Below are positions 62,471-64,000 of a DNA stretch of 64,000 nt, in pieces. The DNA is from Paraspadella gotoi. Its lineage: Eukaryota; Animalia; Chaetognatha. Position numbers and translations under genes: made by a program. The first letter of the stretch is position 1. Each line of letters opens with the position of its first letter. Location of the stretch: the NCBI GenBank assembly GCA_051294375.1, contig CM119265.1, positions 8,192,772 through 8,256,771 on the forward strand, in the 5' to 3' direction. The notes below the pieces were generated by a model, which was not told the origin of the DNA, made no database searches, and saw only the letters and a list, made by a program, of their open reading frames with translations.

Positions 62471-64000
62471 CAAAGCCTGTCCAAAGTCAGGGGCAAGATA
62501 GCTTATTTATTAAATGAATGAATATTTTTTATATTGGTTGTACCAATTTTATAAAGAGAAAAAAAATAAAAAAAATAAAGAAATATCTAATGAAGAAAGA
62601 AAAAAAGACACAGAAATAAAGGCACAGAAAAAAAGAAAAAACATAGAAAGAAAAACATTGAAAGAAATAAAGATAGAAAGAAATAATTTTAAATAATTTT
62701 AAAACATAGAAAGAAAAACATTGCAAGAAATAAAGATAGAAAGAAATAATTTTAAAAGAAAAAGAAAATAGGGGAAAAAAAGGGGAAAAAACTGGAAAGA
62801 AAAAAGGGGGAAAAAAAACGGGAAAGAAAAAACGGAAAAGAAAAAAAGAAAAAAGAAAAAGAAAAAAAGAAATAAAACAAACAAACATCCCGTCGTCTAA
62901 AAGACTAACCGATCAACTTTTTATTTTCCTCGGCTGAGTCGACTTCAACTCTTTTCGTCAAAACGAGAGGAGTCGAGGAATTTGAATGAGACTCTGAAAT
63001 CGACTCGTCCGACGAACTCTTCGGGGATTCGCCGTCGTAATTGCCGTCCACATTCTCGTCAATCTTTTGCTTGGGAGAATTGAGAGAAAGTCGAGAACGA
63101 TCTTTAGACACAGAACGACGGTGCTCGATGTCCGACCTAAGATGACAAACCAATTTTTTAAAGAAGCTAAATGGATCGATTAATTTCCCTTTTCATCAAT
63201 GAGGTAGCACCTTTGGGTCTTTCCCTTAAAGGATACTCTGAAGTGGCGGAGTTTCATGTGATTCCTTTTGTGTTGAAGCGAAGAGAAGGAGACGTGACAT
63301 TTTTTGCATTCGCGCAAAGGACCTCGCATTCGTCTTCCAACGCCGAATTCGATGGCCAGCTGTTAATGTAATGGTTATTAGTTAATTCAAGTAAGAGGAG
63401 CCAGTGAATCCTCTTTTCTTATCATATAATAAATTCTCTGGGAAACTAGAGAGCTTTGGTGACCGACCTGCTTGCCCTGGTGATCGGTGTTGAAATGTTG
63501 TTTGGCTCGGGAAAAATTCTCGCACCATAAACCGCAGAGCTTGCAGTGACAGGTATTGTTTTGGGAACCTTGCCCAGGGTGAAACTTTTTTTTATGCTCA
63601 TAGAGCTTACTCCTACATGTAAATTTAAGAAATAAAATGTCTATAATTTTTTTGCGCACCGCGGAGGTATGTGCATTGTGCAATTGAGCAATATTACCTG
63701 GAAGTAAATTTTTGATCGCATATTGGACAGAGCCATGACTGGATAGAGTATGCAGGATGTTCACGTCTGTGACAATCTCGAGCCTGGTAAGTCTTAAAGG
63801 TCTGTCCACAGACCATGCACGGCCAATCGATTTTCAAGTGAACCGCGTAGTTGTGGCTGGCGCGCTTTTGTGAGTTAATGAAGGTTTCTCCGCAAACTTC
63901 GCAGGGCCACGTTTTTTCTCCGGATTTGGGTTCAGACTGGATTGACAGAGAAAGAATGCGCGACCTCTTTAGAAGAAATTCAAATTTTATAAGTGTGCTC
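62471..64000. other. Direct near-identical copy of 51979-53517 (zinc-finger exons), preceded by 62353-62470, an inverted copy of 62062-62179
   Basis: ORF track repeated (e.g. 52904..53326 vs 63387..63809); lies just after the N-gap at 62328-62352. Confidence 0.88.

Noticed and set aside
62353-64000. Second zinc-finger paralogue
   Set aside because: Near-identical in introns as well, starts at a chimeric junction beside a gap; redundant assembly or haplotype is more likely.

Overview
Animal (invertebrate-type) nuclear DNA from a noisy long-read scaffold with five 25-N gaps, one 10-N gap, homopolymer indels and several duplicated or inverted segments. Most ORF-track entries are microsatellite artefacts. 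1-9.5 kb is a ~182-bp hairpin-containing satellite, duplicated across a gap. 9.5-39 kb is (GA/CT)n- and (GAC)n-rich and carries a CELF3-6/bru3-type RNA-binding gene (+; RRM2, linker and RRM3 exons found, most of RRM1 not found). The compact 45-64 kb block holds a two-exon secreted 6-Cys prepropeptide (-), an astacin-EGF-3xShK metalloprotease (-), an intron-containing tRNA-Tyr (-), a 12-exon C2H2 zinc-finger gene (-), a single-finger MYT1-like gene (+) and a divergent VDAC/porin whose 5' half is on + and 3' half on -. Most interesting: the toxin-like peptide next to the astacin-ShK gene, the strand-split VDAC (an artefact is the most likely explanation) and an intronic RFX X-box cluster in the CELF gene.
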